Source: Macrostomum lignano (Eukaryota). Taken from it: a DNA stretch of 64,000 bases. The position numbers and the translations under genes were made by a program. The stretch is from the NCBI GenBank assembly GCA_002269645.1, contig NIVC01003708.1, positions 1 through 64,000 on the forward strand, given 5' to 3'. A model generated the notes under the pieces. It had not been told where the DNA came from. It did no database searches and worked only from the letters and a program-made list of their open reading frames with translations. Below are positions 13,286 to 27,100 of the stretch, piece by piece (the first letter of the stretch is position 1; each line of letters starts with the position of its first letter).

Positions 13286-16200
13286 TCAAAAGTCGCCGCT
13301 ACCGTCCGGCTTAGCAACAGGTGTGCCGGTGGTTTCCAATGACGCTAAGGAGGCAGCAGCCGAGCCCAACTCAAAGTCGGGCAGCAAATCTCTGACCCGA
13401 TATCTCAGCTGGTCTAGCCTCTGACGTTTGGCTTCTTCAGCTTTGCGCGCCTCTGGCAGACGGCGCCAGGCGGCCAGGCAGCGCGCTAGCAGCGCCTCGC
13501 GCCAATGATTATCGGCTGTTAATTCGTTCTGTCGTTCGGCTAATCTGGATTCAACAGCAAAATTGTGCCACGCGTACAATACAACTGACAGAGATTTTAG
13601 TCGGCGAAATTCGTCAGCTCTGGTGTCCATCAGCTCCGATTGGAATCGAATCTGTTAGTGATGATTATTATGAAGCATTGATTATAGATTTCGACTGAAT
13701 TGCGCTACTTACATAGATACTTATTAATAGTAGTATCGTGTAGACATGCAAAATTGAAGCTTAGGAAGACAAACAGAGGACGTTATTAGCAGGTGGGAAT
13801 GCGGCAACTCATAAGTTGCTAATGCAAGCATCAATTTTGACTTTGGAGGAGGCAACCAAGGAAGTAGGCTGACCCCTGAGCACGCGCACAGGACTTGACT
13901 CATTATCAATATCACAAAACCCAAATTAATGCGGCTTGCTGTTCTATTATTTGTAAAGAAAATCGGCTACTCTGCTTATTACTTATAGACACCTGCGTAA
14001 TTAGTGGTAGCACGAGGATATTTATAAGCTGAGCCCGACAGTGATGCTAGTATGATTACAACAGAAAGAAACGTCAAACAAAGGAAAACATACTGAAAAT
14101 AACAGGCAGTGATATCTGCAAGCCTTCTTATGGCAAAATAGGTTTAAAAATAAACGAGTGAAGTCCATGATATCTCCTATACTACTGATTCTAAGAAATG
14201 AAAGCAATTTTAAAGCGATTTTCGAAAATTCAAACGATTTTTATCACAAATCGCGGTTCTAAGAAAAGGAAACGATTTTCTAGCGATTCTAAGAAACGAA
14301 AACAATCTCATGGCGATTCTAAGAAAACCAAGCGATTTTATGGCGATTCCAAGAAACGCAAATAACCAAATGGCGATTGTAAGAAAAACAAACCATTTTA
14401 TGGCGATTCTTAGAAACCCTAACTAGTTTTAAGGATGTTATGGCTTTTCTAAGAAATGCAAACCTTGTCATGGCGATTCTAAGAAAAGCTACGATTTTGT
14501 CGCAAATTACATATTCTAAATGCAAATCATTCAAATGGCTATTCTAAGAAACGCCCCAGATTTTAACGCGAATCTAATAACGCAGTTAATAAAACAATAC
14601 GTACTTTATTTAATAGCTAGACAAAACTCACCAGGCTCCACCGACAGAAATGGCGCCGAATCAAAGCGGCCCGATAGCACTGGTCAGCCAGTTCGTTATT
14701 GATTTTTGCAATCTCCGACACGCCAATATGCCAAGCTAGCAGGCATTTCCGAGTCAGCCGCGACTCCCAATGCCGCTGCGCCGTTGTTTCGTTTGTCTCT
14801 GCCTGGCGCATCAATTGGCGCCACGGCGCCAGACCGTAGTAGCGCAACAAACGTCGCCGATTCGCTTCGGCTAGGCGCGCCTCCAGTTGGCGCCTCTCCG
14901 CATTGGCCGCCTGACGCGCTGCTTCCCGCTGCGCCCGTTCAGCAGCCTGGCGCCGCTTCTCCTCTCGTTCGACTTCGGCCGCTCGCGCCAGCTCCTCCTC
15001 GGCGGCGCGGATTCGCTCCGCTTCGGCCGCCTGGCGCCGGGCCTCGCGCTCAGCTTTGGCGCGAGCGCGCTCCTCGGCGCGGGCGCGCATACGATCGAGA
15101 AATTTGTTCTCCTGATTAGACTGAGGATTAGTAGGATGACGATTTTGCTGCTGCTGCTGCTGAGCAGTTTGACGGGGCGATGCTGCAGACTGCGGCTCAG
15201 CTTCTTCTCCATCTGGCACAGCGGCCTCTCTGACGGCCGATGCTTCAGCCGAAGGCGGACTTTTTGGCTGGGCAGTCTACGCGAAGTGAAAACAATATTG
15301 AGACAAATATGATATTTCTAAGAAAGGTTATTTCAAAGTGACAAAACACCTGGGTGTAGTCTATAGAGTAACAAGGTTCCTGAAATAGGCTAGAATAGCT
15401 ATACTGCCTAAACTAGAGTGAACAGGTTGCGAAAACTTCAGTAACTCAAGAGTTAGTAGTATAGAAAACGACTAGATTCCTAAATTTAGTGTGACTAGAT
15501 TCTGATAACTAGTGACTAGATTCTGATAACTAGTGACTAGATTCTGATAACTAGAGTGACTAAATTCTTAAAACTAGAGTGACTAGATTCCTAAAACTAG
15601 AGTGACTAGATTCTTAAAACTAGAGTGACTAGATTCTTAAAACTAGAGTGACTAGATTCTTAAAACTAGAGTGACTAGATTCTTAAAACTAGAGTGAATA
15701 AATTCTTAAAACTAGAGTGACTAGATTCTTAAAACTAGAGTGACTAGATTATGTAAGGAATGTGTACAAAGAGTACAGAGTGAAAACAATATCCCACAAG
15801 TGAATGAGTGACAATCCAAACAAACCTGGATCTGAGCAGTAGCAGCAGCACCATCAGCCTGTGGCTGCACCGGCTGATTCTTAGCTAAAGTCTTCTCAAT
15901 TCTCAATTCTTCAATCAACCTGCGCTGCTCCTTCAATTGATTTGCCTGCTCACGCAGCATAGCCTGTTGCGCGCTTGAATCTGTGCTCGTACCGACCGCC
16001 AAATCCGCCAGCAACAGCTGCAACGTTTGCCGTAGTTGCCGCCGCTGTGGATGGTCGATGCGATGCGTGTCCTCGACCGGTAGGAGCGCCTGCACTACGA
16101 CCGCTGCTTGCTCTGTCGCCTGACAAAGGCTTAGTAGTAGTACTAATCCCCGTAGCTGTCAGCTGACCAGGTTGTTGCTGCTGCAGCTGAGTTTCAGCAT

Positions 16201-18847
16201 CATTCAGACTGGACAGATCCAACTTGGTAGATTCATTCTCCGCAAATAATCTCTCAGCCTTCTCCTGCTGTTTTTGCTGCTCTGCGGCGATCCTGCGCTG
16301 CTCTCTATCGCGCTCCTCGGCAGTTAGTCGCTCAAGAAATCTGCCAGTTCTACGCTGCAATTCTAACCGTTCCGCTTCGGCCGCTTGCTCTAATTTTATT
16401 AGTCGAATCGATTCGCGCCAAGCGTCAAACGCGCGACCCATTGTGCGCAACCGGTGCCGCTTAGCCGCCCAGTCCATTCGGCGCTGCTCATTGCGCAGAG
16501 CATCTTGCGCCGCTTGCGCTTCCCGTTCCATAGCGCGTCCGCGCGCGTACCAACGCCAAGCGGCGAATGCGCGTCTGGCGCAGCGGAAATCGCGAAAGGC
16601 GGCGGCTTTTCCGTTGGCCAATCGGCTGCTGGCTAATAGTTGGCGCCAGGCTGCGAAACAACGGCCTAGCAGCGACATGTTGCCTAGCAGGACGCGCCGT
16701 TGTACGCGCGCTTCTAGCGCCTGGCGCCGAAGCTCGCGTAGAGCGCGTTTTTCTTCGGTTGCCGCTGCAGCGCGCCGCTCTTGCAAAAGCGCCGCTTCCG
16801 CCGTGCAACGCTCTTTTTCAGCGCGCTCGCGCTCCTCTCGCAGCAGCGCCGCTTCTTGGCGCCGGCGCTCTTCTATCTCGCGCCGCTGCCGCTGCGCCTC
16901 AGCTTCAACTAAGCGCGCTTCCTCGCGCCGTTTCGCCGCTGCCGCTTTCTCCTCTTCGGCTACGACTCGGCGCGCTTCTTGTGCTAGACGGCGCGCTTCG
17001 GCGGCGCGCTCTCGCTGTTCGGCTTCTTCGCGACGTCGGCGCTCGCGAGCTTCGCGCGCCTGCTGCTGGCGCAACTCCATGCGGACGCGGGGGTCCACGC
17101 GCACCTGGCAGGATGTCATATCATAGAAAATGTACCTTCCTCTAATTACTAACAGTTCTGCCCCAATAGAAGTTTACCGGTACCAGTACTAAGGCCAGTC
17201 TGCTTTTGCTTATTTCAATTATTACTTAATTTAGGCCATAATTGCTAAAATGTTATAAATGACAAATTGACGCTACAGACAATACAATAACTTGGTACTA
17301 TAGTAGAGAACAATATTGAGCAATCTACGAGCATCTTGCACCCAATTGTTAACATTTAAACGCCAAATTTAGCAACATATAGTAGAAATTTTGCAAACAC
17401 CTTACGAACTAATTCAGCAAGAAAACAATTTAGCACCTCAAAACCAAACTCAGCACATCGGAAACCGATCCATCACCTTACAACCCGATCCAGCACCAAT
17501 TAGAACCCGATCTAGCACCAATTAGAACCCGATCCAGCACCAATTAGAACCCGATCCAGCACCAATTAGAACCTGATCCAGCACCAATTAGAACCAGATC
17601 CAGCACTATTTAGAACCCGATCCAGCACCTCGGAACCCGATTCAGCACCAATTAGAACCCGATCCAGCACCAATTAGAACCCGATCCAGCACCAATTAGA
17701 ACCCGATCCAGCACCAATTAGAACCCGATCCAGCACCATTTAGAACCCGATCCAGCACCAATTAGAACCCGATCCAGCACCATTTAGAACCCGATCCAGC
17801 ACCAATTAGAACCCGATCCAGCACCAATTAGAACCCGATCCAGCACCATTTAGAACCAGATCCAGCACCAATTAGAACCAGATCCAGCACCATTTAGAAC
17901 CCGATCCAGCACCAATTAGAACCAGATCCAGCACCATTTAGAACCCGATCCAGCACCGATTAAAACCCGATCCAGTAACCTCAAATTCAATGAGATATTA
18001 TCTATCAGAATTCATAACTTTCACAAAGCCAGAAGACACTGACCCAGCCCGCCCATAGAACTCACAGCCGACTCATCGTCCAACACCTTAGCTGGCACAT
18101 AGTCTTTACTCAACAATCGTTTGATTATACGTTCAGCGTCGCTTAGTTCAGCATCGCCAACTGCTGAGTCATCTTCGGGCGCATCGCCAGATTCCAAATG
18201 CGGCCACTCCAGCAGGGACCGCGATCTCGAAGAGCTATTACCGCCGCCAGCATTTCTACTAGGATATCTCTCATCATTGTCATCATCGTTGTTAACTTCG
18301 CTTAGAAGTGCCGCGTCTGACAGCATTTTGCTGGTCATCCATTCGCGAATCAGACTGCGAGCCTCGTCTTCAACACCTCCGGCGGGAGCGGCAGACTTCG
18401 ATGCCGCCCCGGATAGAGCATCATCTGTGGCTGATTCCACTTTCTGTTAGCAGAAGAAGGGATTGGAAGGTTCTTAATTGACTCTTAAATAGAATCTGGA
18501 CAGGGATGATATCAAATTGTCTCACACTGAATAGATTACTGACAATAGCTAGCATAGTAAGTACGGTCATGAATAAAAGTCATTGAAAACAATAAATCAA
18601 CTATACTAAGCCATGGACCTCTGAATTTTTTTCAATTTAGTTATATTTAAAAGTCTATGACAAAATCTAAACTCACCTTCAACCAGCTTTTCATATCATA
18701 GTCGGATGGTCGCACACCGCTAGTAGCTGCTGCAGCACCGGGGCCAAGAATGCTGCGAGTGGAACTATTATTACCACTGTTATTACCAGTAGTTTTTGAC
18801 GAAGGGCCGGATTTATAACGAAATAGGCGATTAGTTCGATCGGTCAT
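13286..18847 (-). CDS. CCDC191: Coiled-coil domain-containing protein 191-like; exons 18847-18677, 18443-18066, 17104-15826, 15276-14632, 13651-13286; one frameshift near 15975
   Basis: All four GT-AG introns are phase 0 and join consistently. Motifs SWLK-KVESA, ARSLIREWMTSK, DPRVRMELR, repeated F.AW/W.R SFI1-like units, QQAMLREQANQLKEQRRLIEEL and C-terminal LRYRVRDLLPDF match CCDC191 as recalled. Confidence 0.85.
14185..14560. repeat. Diverged ~30-bp intronic minisatellite with conserved core TGGCGATTCTAAGAAA
   Basis: About 10 copies of the core separated by variable ~14-bp segments, in the last intron of CCDC191. Confidence 0.85.
15466..15750. repeat. 23-bp intronic minisatellite (CTAGAGTGACTAGATTCTTAAAA)
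   Basis: About 12 tandem copies in CCDC191 intron 3. Confidence 0.92.
17487..17975. repeat. 22-bp intronic minisatellite (CCAGCACCAATTAGAACCCGAT)
   Basis: About 22 tandem copies in CCDC191 intron 2. Confidence 0.95.
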
Positions 18848-19002
18848 GCTTGCTATGAACTGGACCGCTTACTTGCCTCTGGCATGAATGAGAATCGCTC
18901 ATTAGTCCCATAATACAGTTCTTAATATATAAACAATGGAAACTGGAGGAAAAACGCTGCTTAAATTCTAGGACAAAAGTGCAATAATCCAGTACAGGGC
19001 AT

Positions 19003-19780
19003 GGATCCTAAGAAATCGAGTGAGAATGACAAGACATAGGGCCTGAATTCTTAGAAAACGAGTAAGAATGACAAGGTATAGGGCCTGTACGAGCTATTCT
19101 TAGAAATCGAGCGAGAATGACAAGGTATAGGGCATGTATTCTTAGAAAACGAGTGAGAATGACAAGGTACAGGGCCTGGATTCTTAGAAAACGAGTGAGA
19201 ATGACGAGATATAGGGCCTGTATTCTTTGAAAACGAGTGAGAATGGCGAGGTATAGGGCCTGGATTCTTTGAAAACGAGTGAGAATGGCGAGATATAGGG
19301 CCTGTATTCTTTGAAAACGAGTGAGAATGGCGAGGTATAGGGCCTGTATTCTTTGAAAACGAGTGAGAATGGCGAGGTATAGGGCCTGGATTCTTGGAAA
19401 ACGAGTGAGAATGACAAGCTATAGGGACTGTATTCTTGGAAAACGAGTGAGAATGACAAGGTATAGGGACTGTATTCTTGGAAAACGAGTGAGAATGACA
19501 AGGTATAGGGCCTGTATTCTTAGAAAACGAGTGAGAATGACAAGGTATAGGGCCTGTATTCTTGGAAAACGAGCGAGAATGACAAGATATAGGGCATGTA
19601 TTCTTAGAAAACGAGTTCGAATGGCAAGATATAGGGCCTGTATTCTTAGAAAACGAGTGCGAATGGCAAGATATAGGGCCTGTATTCTTAGAAAACGAGT
19701 GCGAATGGCAAGATATAGGGCCTGTATTCTTAGAAAACGAGCGAGAATGACAAGGTATAGGGCCTGGATTCTTAGAAAAA
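19003..19780. repeat. 42-bp minisatellite immediately upstream of CCDC191
   Basis: Unit TTCTTAGAAAACGAGTGAGAATGACAAGGTATAGGGCCTGTA, ~18 copies, starting ~160 bp upstream of the ATG at 18847. Confidence 0.95.
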
Positions 19781-21129
19781 CCTCGGGATTTCAAAAGATT
19801 TAAGGATCGAAAATTAAAATATTCGATCTCGCAATTGAAGTTCTTATCATAGTACTTAAAGTAGCAGTCCTAAAATTTTAGAAAAAATGAGGTTTTTTGC
19901 TGATATTTGAATCAGGAAAATGGATATACCGACAGACTTTTAATTATCAGCGGTATTTATATTTTTATTACTTAATTATTAGCCAAAGCAAAAACTATCA
20001 GTAGCGAAGAAAGTTTCAGACGCCACGTCAAAAATCCAGTTACCACAAGAACCTGAAAAATAAGCTTCAAAATAAAAGTTTAGCCCTTGAATCCCCGGCC
20101 AAAAAGATCTCAATACTGAATCTCCGGGGTCAACAGCATCAGCTCAAATTCGACAAAGACATAGAACACCAGAAACCTAAAAAAACAATTCATAATGTCA
20201 ATCAAATGTGACAGACATAAGGTAATGAAGCATGGGGTTGAAATCAAAACTATTTTAGCTTCTATCACAATAAACTTATCTGTTACAGTGTACTATAATG
20301 CTATTGGAAAAGTACATACTAAGTGGGGGTACTTTTAAATAGCAGCAGTCTCAAAAGACTGGGATTGTTAAAAAATGAAATTATGACAGCAGAGAATGAA
20401 AATATGATTTACCAGTTCGACACTTTGATTAAAGTAATGGACGAAAGCACAGGTGATAACAGCGATTATAATAAGTAGTTATGGAACTTAATATCTATTA
20501 ATTTTTCAGAATAAAAAACAAAAGCTACTAAAGGCCAAAAGCATATAAAGTTTACAAAAAAGGCGTAAACAAAGAATTTTCACTGTGCAGCAGACAATAA
20601 AACGCTTTAAAAAAGAATTAATAAAACAACACAAGACCAGATACCAATAAAAGGGTTAATAATAGGGGACTGCAAAACAGAAATCCAAAAAGGAAACAAT
20701 TTTAAGCTTTTACCAACAAAATGGACAAGAACATCAAAACCTAACGATTAATAATTGTTGTCGCATGTGATTCCTGCTCTATTTGACTGATTGATTCAAA
20801 ATCTGTTTTAGTTGACAAGTTGTAGTGTCAATAAAACTAATTCAGAATGGTCAGTAAATTATAAAAGATTGGTATATTTTGGTAAAATTTTCTACTTTCA
20901 GTAGTAAGTTTCGTCTCAGAGCGTACCACTCAAAGTGGTAATAAGTACCAGTGAATTTTCAAAACTTATCTGCATAAAATTCAACTTAAAAACCTTCAGA
21001 AACTTACTTCACATTTCATAGCTTGAAATGAAATCTGTAGCACAGGGATAGACACACAAATCCAGCTACCCAATAGTATATGAGTCTTGTCAACAATGAT
21101 ATCTCTTAGCACATAGCATCTAAGCTAGT

Positions 21130-24100
21130 TCACTTCCTTGGCTGGTGAATATTGTGAGCTGGCGGAGCATGCGGTTTCTCATGCTTTGGCACAGGCTTAT
21201 CGTGATAAGCTTTCACAGCATCAGGTGTAAAAGCTTTGTCTTCTTTAACCAAGCTGCCAGCCACCACTTGGCCTTGCTTGGCCTCATCAACTTCTGTGCC
21301 ATATTCAGCTTCCTGCTTGCGAAGCTCTTCAGCGTTGAGCTTCTCGCCTGAGCCAGAGCTGGTGTTGCGGGTCCGATGACCAGCTACGCGCATGTTGCCC
21401 ACCTTGGCTGCATTTGAAAGGCAAATGGGTCAAGTTTGGAAATGTGTTTGAAACTATTTTAATCATTTCTACTACTATTACACATTACAAAGTTTAAGGC
21501 AATTCAAATTAAGTCAGGCTGAATAATTTTAATAAACTGTCCTAAAAAACTGGCTAAAGTTCTTTTTTTATTTATCACCTAATTTACTCTGTTTTTTTTT
21601 TAATCCAAATATTTTTTCTGTAAAAGCCAATACTGTATGATGTAATAGAGAAAAAAAGGCAGTAGTCTTTGTCCAGTCAAAACTCTAGAAGTTACTACTT
21701 TTCTAAGTTTTAATAATCCAGGTTAATCAGTTTGAGCTTAGAAAATATACTAAGTAATTTAAATTTTATGTTGACTTATAGAGATATTGTTCTTGTACTT
21801 TAGCAAAATTAATCACAAGACTTAATTGTCTTGGTTTTATTAAATCACCAAAGAAACCTTAGCAAAAGAAACATTTTTATGCTTTTTTTATGCACAAGTT
21901 TTTATGCTTGAAGCTAATAGGCATTGAAATGTTTTATCTTTTGGTGCTACATACTCATACTCACTAATATAGCTATTTTTATGACATAGCATAAGACTGA
22001 AATAACTGATATTATGTCAACTAATTAAAGTAGGGTCTAACTAATCTCCACTCTATTACTATAAGTAGGCACTTTAAGTAAGGCTCATAAGTAGGTATTT
22101 TTGTTACAAATCTTATTTTGTGTTAAAATCCTTGTCTAAATTTTGTTTTATGTTGTCCCTGCCAATTACAATATACTACCCACCATATCATTATTATAAA
22201 AAGGCTTTGTCTGACGCGAAAATAAACCAACTTGTGGCAAGGCCCAGTTTGCTTCTAGCTTACCTCTTTTGCTAAAGGAAATTTCTGCTGATAGCTGGTC
22301 TTTGCTTATTTGGTTCTAATTTTAGAAATAGGGATAAAAACTATAAAGGCAACAAAGGTTGTATAGACCTAGAAATAAGGATAAAAGCCATAAAGGCGAC
22401 AGAGGTTATATAGACCCAGAAATAGGAATAAAAGCCATAAAGGCAACAGGTTGTATGGACCTAGAAATAGGGATAAAAGCCATAAAGGTGACAGAGGTTG
22501 TAAAGACATATAAGTAGAGATAAAAGCCTTAAAGGCAACAGAAGCTGTACAGGCTCAAGGGGTACTAAGAAGGCCATAAGATTAGGCATTAATATTAGGC
22601 ATTAGAAGGCAGACAAATATTAGGTATTAGTGCTTGTCACTGGGCACCCTTGATCCCTGGGAATGCTATAATTTTGGACTTAGTTTAAATTAGACAGTGT
22701 CTTACTGCTCAGGCACTCATAGCTACCATAAGATTTCCAAGAAATCAAGTAACTTTAGGTAACTCTAAGAACTGTAGACCTAGAACAACTTGGAAACATC
22801 AATAAGACAATTTTAGAGGCAGAACAAATAAACTATAACAACTTGGTGGCACAACAATATTTTATAGACAAAGAAAAGAAATACCAATACAACTTGGTGA
22901 CATCAGAGATACAAGGCTGAAGGCATTGAAGAGAATCATAGAAAGATGGAGTTGCTAGCTAACTTAGACTTGGCAATGGCATTTGCTGCTGTGCAGCAAT
23001 TCAATCTGCTAGAAGATCTAGAGTATGATGATTTTAGGGAACAAGTGATTGAGAGATTTGGTGGGATATGAAACGCATTGGAATTTGGAGAAGAATTTAG
23101 AGGCCATATGCAGGAAAGAAATAAGTTGAAGGATGCTTTCACCAATGCACTAATTGAATTGTCAGCTAGGGCCTTTCCGAATATGATCAAGGAGCAGAGA
23201 AAGGAAGAGATAAAAGCAAATTCATCAAAGGAGTCAGAATTCTGCCAGATACTAGGGAAAATTTAATCTTTGCTTAACCTGTAAATTTGCAAGAATCTAG
23301 GCGAATGCTATAGTGAATTGAAGCCAAAGGAGATGTACAAATAATTAAGGATGAAGCAAATGAGCATGAAAAGAAGCTCCAAAAGTTAGTGAAACAGCAG
23401 AGAGGTGAACTAGAGCAACAGCAGAAGCTGATAGAGGAACTTAGGGCAAATAGGCCATTGTCTATGGCATGGCCTCAGCCATTCCTAGCTCAGATGCCAC
23501 AAAAAACAGCTCACCAACCACCGGCATTTCAGCTGCAAATTCTAGCCTAGGCTAAGGGGGCAATTCAATACTAGCTTATATGCTCTGCAACCAGGAAAGT
23601 GTGCAGTCTATTAGCATTTCGGCTCAATAAGACCTGGTTTTAGTCATCAGTGCCGCTTGCCCCAAAACTAGCCTAAGCAGGGAAACTAAAGTACAAAGGC
23701 CACAACCTTCTAGGAAAAGTAGTTTTGAAATGAAGGCCTTCAATTATAGTAGTTATGTTGACTTAAAAAGTAGGCAAATAGTCCCAATGCAAAGAAGACA
23801 CATGTTAGTGTACCTATAAATAATGCATTTGCACTAGCATCAACACCTACTTTTTCTGCATCAGCACCTTATGCCTCTGCACTAGCTGCATCACCATGTG
23901 TCACCCCTGCATTTGCTGCTACAAACCTTGCATCAATACAAAAAGAATAATTTGTACCCAAATTTCACCAACCAAAGCCAAAAGTAATTAAACTTTAATT
24001 AAACAAAAGTAGCTAAAAGAATTTCTTTTGTACAGCCACAATTGCGATAATATATTAGGTATGGAATTGTTTAAAGAGCATTGTGAAAGCATCCATTTAG

Positions 24101-27100
24101 CCAAAGGCATGTTAATTCTAAAGGAGAAGACTTGTGTTCCCATGCAGTACACTCATTTGCCAGTAAGAGTATGCCAAGTATATACTCAAAAGAGAGCAGT
24201 TGTTCTGTCTTATAATGCACTACAAATCCCCATGAGATTATCTAAGAATTCAAAAGCTAATTATGGCATGCCAATGACTATTGAGACTATTGGAATTGGA
24301 AGTATAAGAACTAAGAGCAAAGCATTAGAAATGAATCCAACCTTAGTTACTATGCGCAATGGTATAGCCATAGTAGAAGTAGTGAATTGAAGCATGGTAG
24401 AAATACAGTTGCCAAAATTGTTGCTGGTAGATCTAGCTAAGCCAATGAGAGCCAGAGAGCTTACGTATATGACTAGTGAATTAGATCAAACTGTGCCACC
24501 AAACTAGCTAATCACTGGATGTGTCAATCAAATGCAATCTCAAAGTGAAACTTGGATTAGCAAAATCAATATTAGTGAAACCTTGATAGCAGAGCAGAAA
24601 GAGAAAGTGATTCAGCTTATAAAAGAGCATAGAGCTTTAAAGAAACCGTTTTGTAGCACAATTTAGATATGGGCTTAACATTGTTAGTCACGCATGAGAT
24701 ATTATTGAAAGATAAGACACCTGTGAGGATTCCAACTAGAAGAATCCCTCTTCATTTCCAAAAACAGGTGAATGCTCAATTAGACAATATGTTAGCTAAG
24801 AATTTAATTAGGCCATGCTATTCAACTTATGCAACACCTTTAGTAATTGTATATCTAAGAAGGATGGTACTATTTGAATAGTGACTAGAGTGTTGAATTC
24901 ATGAGTAAATTATTTTCTATATCCACTGTCAAATATTCAAGAGACATTTTGTATTTAACAGGCAGTCAATACTTTAATAGCCTTGACCTAAATTCTGATT
25001 TTTGGCAAGTTTAAAAAAAGGAACACAAATAAGTTTAAGTACAAAGTTATGGGTCAGGGCTTATCTAATATCTGAGGTACTTTTCAAAGATTAATGAATC
25101 TTGTATTGGCAGGCATTCAGCATAAATATTCCATGTCATACATAGAAAGCATAGTGACCTATTCTAAGAAATTCAAAAATCATTTAGAATACCTAAAAGA
25201 GGTATCTCAAAGATTGATTAATACTGGACTGAAACTAAGAGAAAAAAGCGCAATCTGTTCCATAGCAAATTAAAATATTTAGGCCATGTAATTAGAAGAA
25301 ATGGAATCAGGACTGATGAAGCTAAAATAGAAGCAATTAGAAGTTGGCCAAAGCCAAAAGATGCAAGAGTTGTGAAGTTTCTTAGAAAGAATTGCTCTTT
25401 TCTAAAAGAGTTGCTTGTTGTGGCATCATTGCTTAATGATTTTAAGAAAAATGCTTATTTAAAGCTTGGAATCCCTAATGAAAAGATCCATTCAGTGAAA
25501 ATTGTTACTTTCAATAGATATGTCATTGATGATGACAATCTCATCCCTGAACTAGCCAAAGAGGATAAGTTCTAGTTATTCTACACAATGAAAAATAGTT
25601 ACAAAAGCAGCTAGGTACTGAGATAGCAACTGGTGACCCTGGCCTTATCAATTGCCAATTGATTGAGGCAATCACCAATTGCCTCAGCTGCAATCAGCAT
25701 GGTAACCCCCAAATGCACTATTGCTAAAAGGGAGGACAAGCCAAAAACATTGCTAGCATAGCTAAAGTGGCCTAATGTGTATTCTCTTCCACAAATATAC
25801 AAGCTTGCCAAGGCTTTGTGTGGGCTTTGGTAACAACTGCAAAATTTGCTGCTAACTGCTAACAACTGCAAATGCAAAATTTGTCAATTAGTTAATAAAG
25901 TAAATCATGGACAAAATTTTTGTAAAATATAAGCAAATCAATGATCTTTATCTATAATCTGTAGAAATCAACTATGTATGCTAAGCTATTACATTAATAT
26001 TTCCATCATTAAAGGACTATTCTCCTGATGGATGCCACTTCTAGGCAGTTAAAGTCTGTTGTTAGCTTAAAGAGTTTTGTAGCAAAATTCTGCCTGAGCA
26101 TCAAAGCCTACTGATTTTTCAAATGCAAGCTAAGCATAGGTGGAGCAAGCATAAACTAAGCATTGCTATGCTGTCAAAAATGCCAGTTTTTCTATAGCTG
26201 CTTAGGATGGCAGTGATAAGGAGAATACAGCGCGTTTGCGCAAAATTCAATATCCATTTCCAGGTTTTTCCAGGTTCAAATAAGTAAAGCTCCAGGTTGC
26301 TACATGGTGGAGCTTTAAAAAATCAAATGTATGTACGCAGCAATGTTTCTTGATTTAGTGTTTCCTACTACAAACTATATATTATATATTTCATAGATTA
26401 TTTAGATTATTTATTTCTTGTATTAACTGAAGAACAAAATTAAAAGTATAAAATAAAAGACTTTTGCTATAAATATACAACTTAATAAGAATATAACTAT
26501 ATAGGATAGATTGTATTTGTAACATACTATGACATGGTAGCAACATTTTTTAATACCAAAGTTTCTATCACATCATATAGCATTATGGCATGCATTACTA
26601 AATTATAGTCTACTACCAGTCTCACATTACACAGATCATGGGAAGAATGATAATTCCAGATTTCCCCTCCCTCATTGGTATATTTCCAGGTTTTTTCTTC
26701 TGTCTTGGGGCATTTCTGGTTTTTTTGCAATTCCAGGTTTTTCCAGGTTGCAGACACCCTGAGAATAAGAATCAACATTGATGAGGAAGAGCATACCAGA
26801 GAGATAGATTACAACTAAGCCAAAACATTGCAAAGTCATGCTTGAGGATGACAACTATTAGTGTTGCAGCCAAAAGCATATTGCAACAATGAAGATGCAA
26901 GAATCACTATTCCTACTGCTCATGAACAGTGTAGGCTAAAGCTAAATGAAAAATGCATTCGTTTGATATCTACAACATTCTCAATGAAATGCAACTATGC
27001 TTATATTTTTCCTATGCATATCTTGCAATGTCAAGAGCTATCAGTTCTAGAAGAGCTTGAGTTGTACTGGCCACTTAAGTTGCCCATGGTAATTGTTCAG

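Noticed and set aside
14185-14560. CRISPR array interpretation of the core-plus-linker repeats (also considered for other arrays)
   Set aside because: Eukaryotic intron, no cas genes, and the linkers are short and related to each other.
14706-17145. Long + strand ORFs (e.g. 16224-17126, 300 aa)
   Set aside because: Antisense shadows of GC-rich CCDC191 exons; no domain features.
19051-19803. Repetitive ORFs (HSHSFSKNTGP...), and similar ORFs at 35655-36361, 45150-45801, 47008-48116, 59960-60692, 62994-63377
   Set aside because: All are minisatellite translations outside the spliced gene models.
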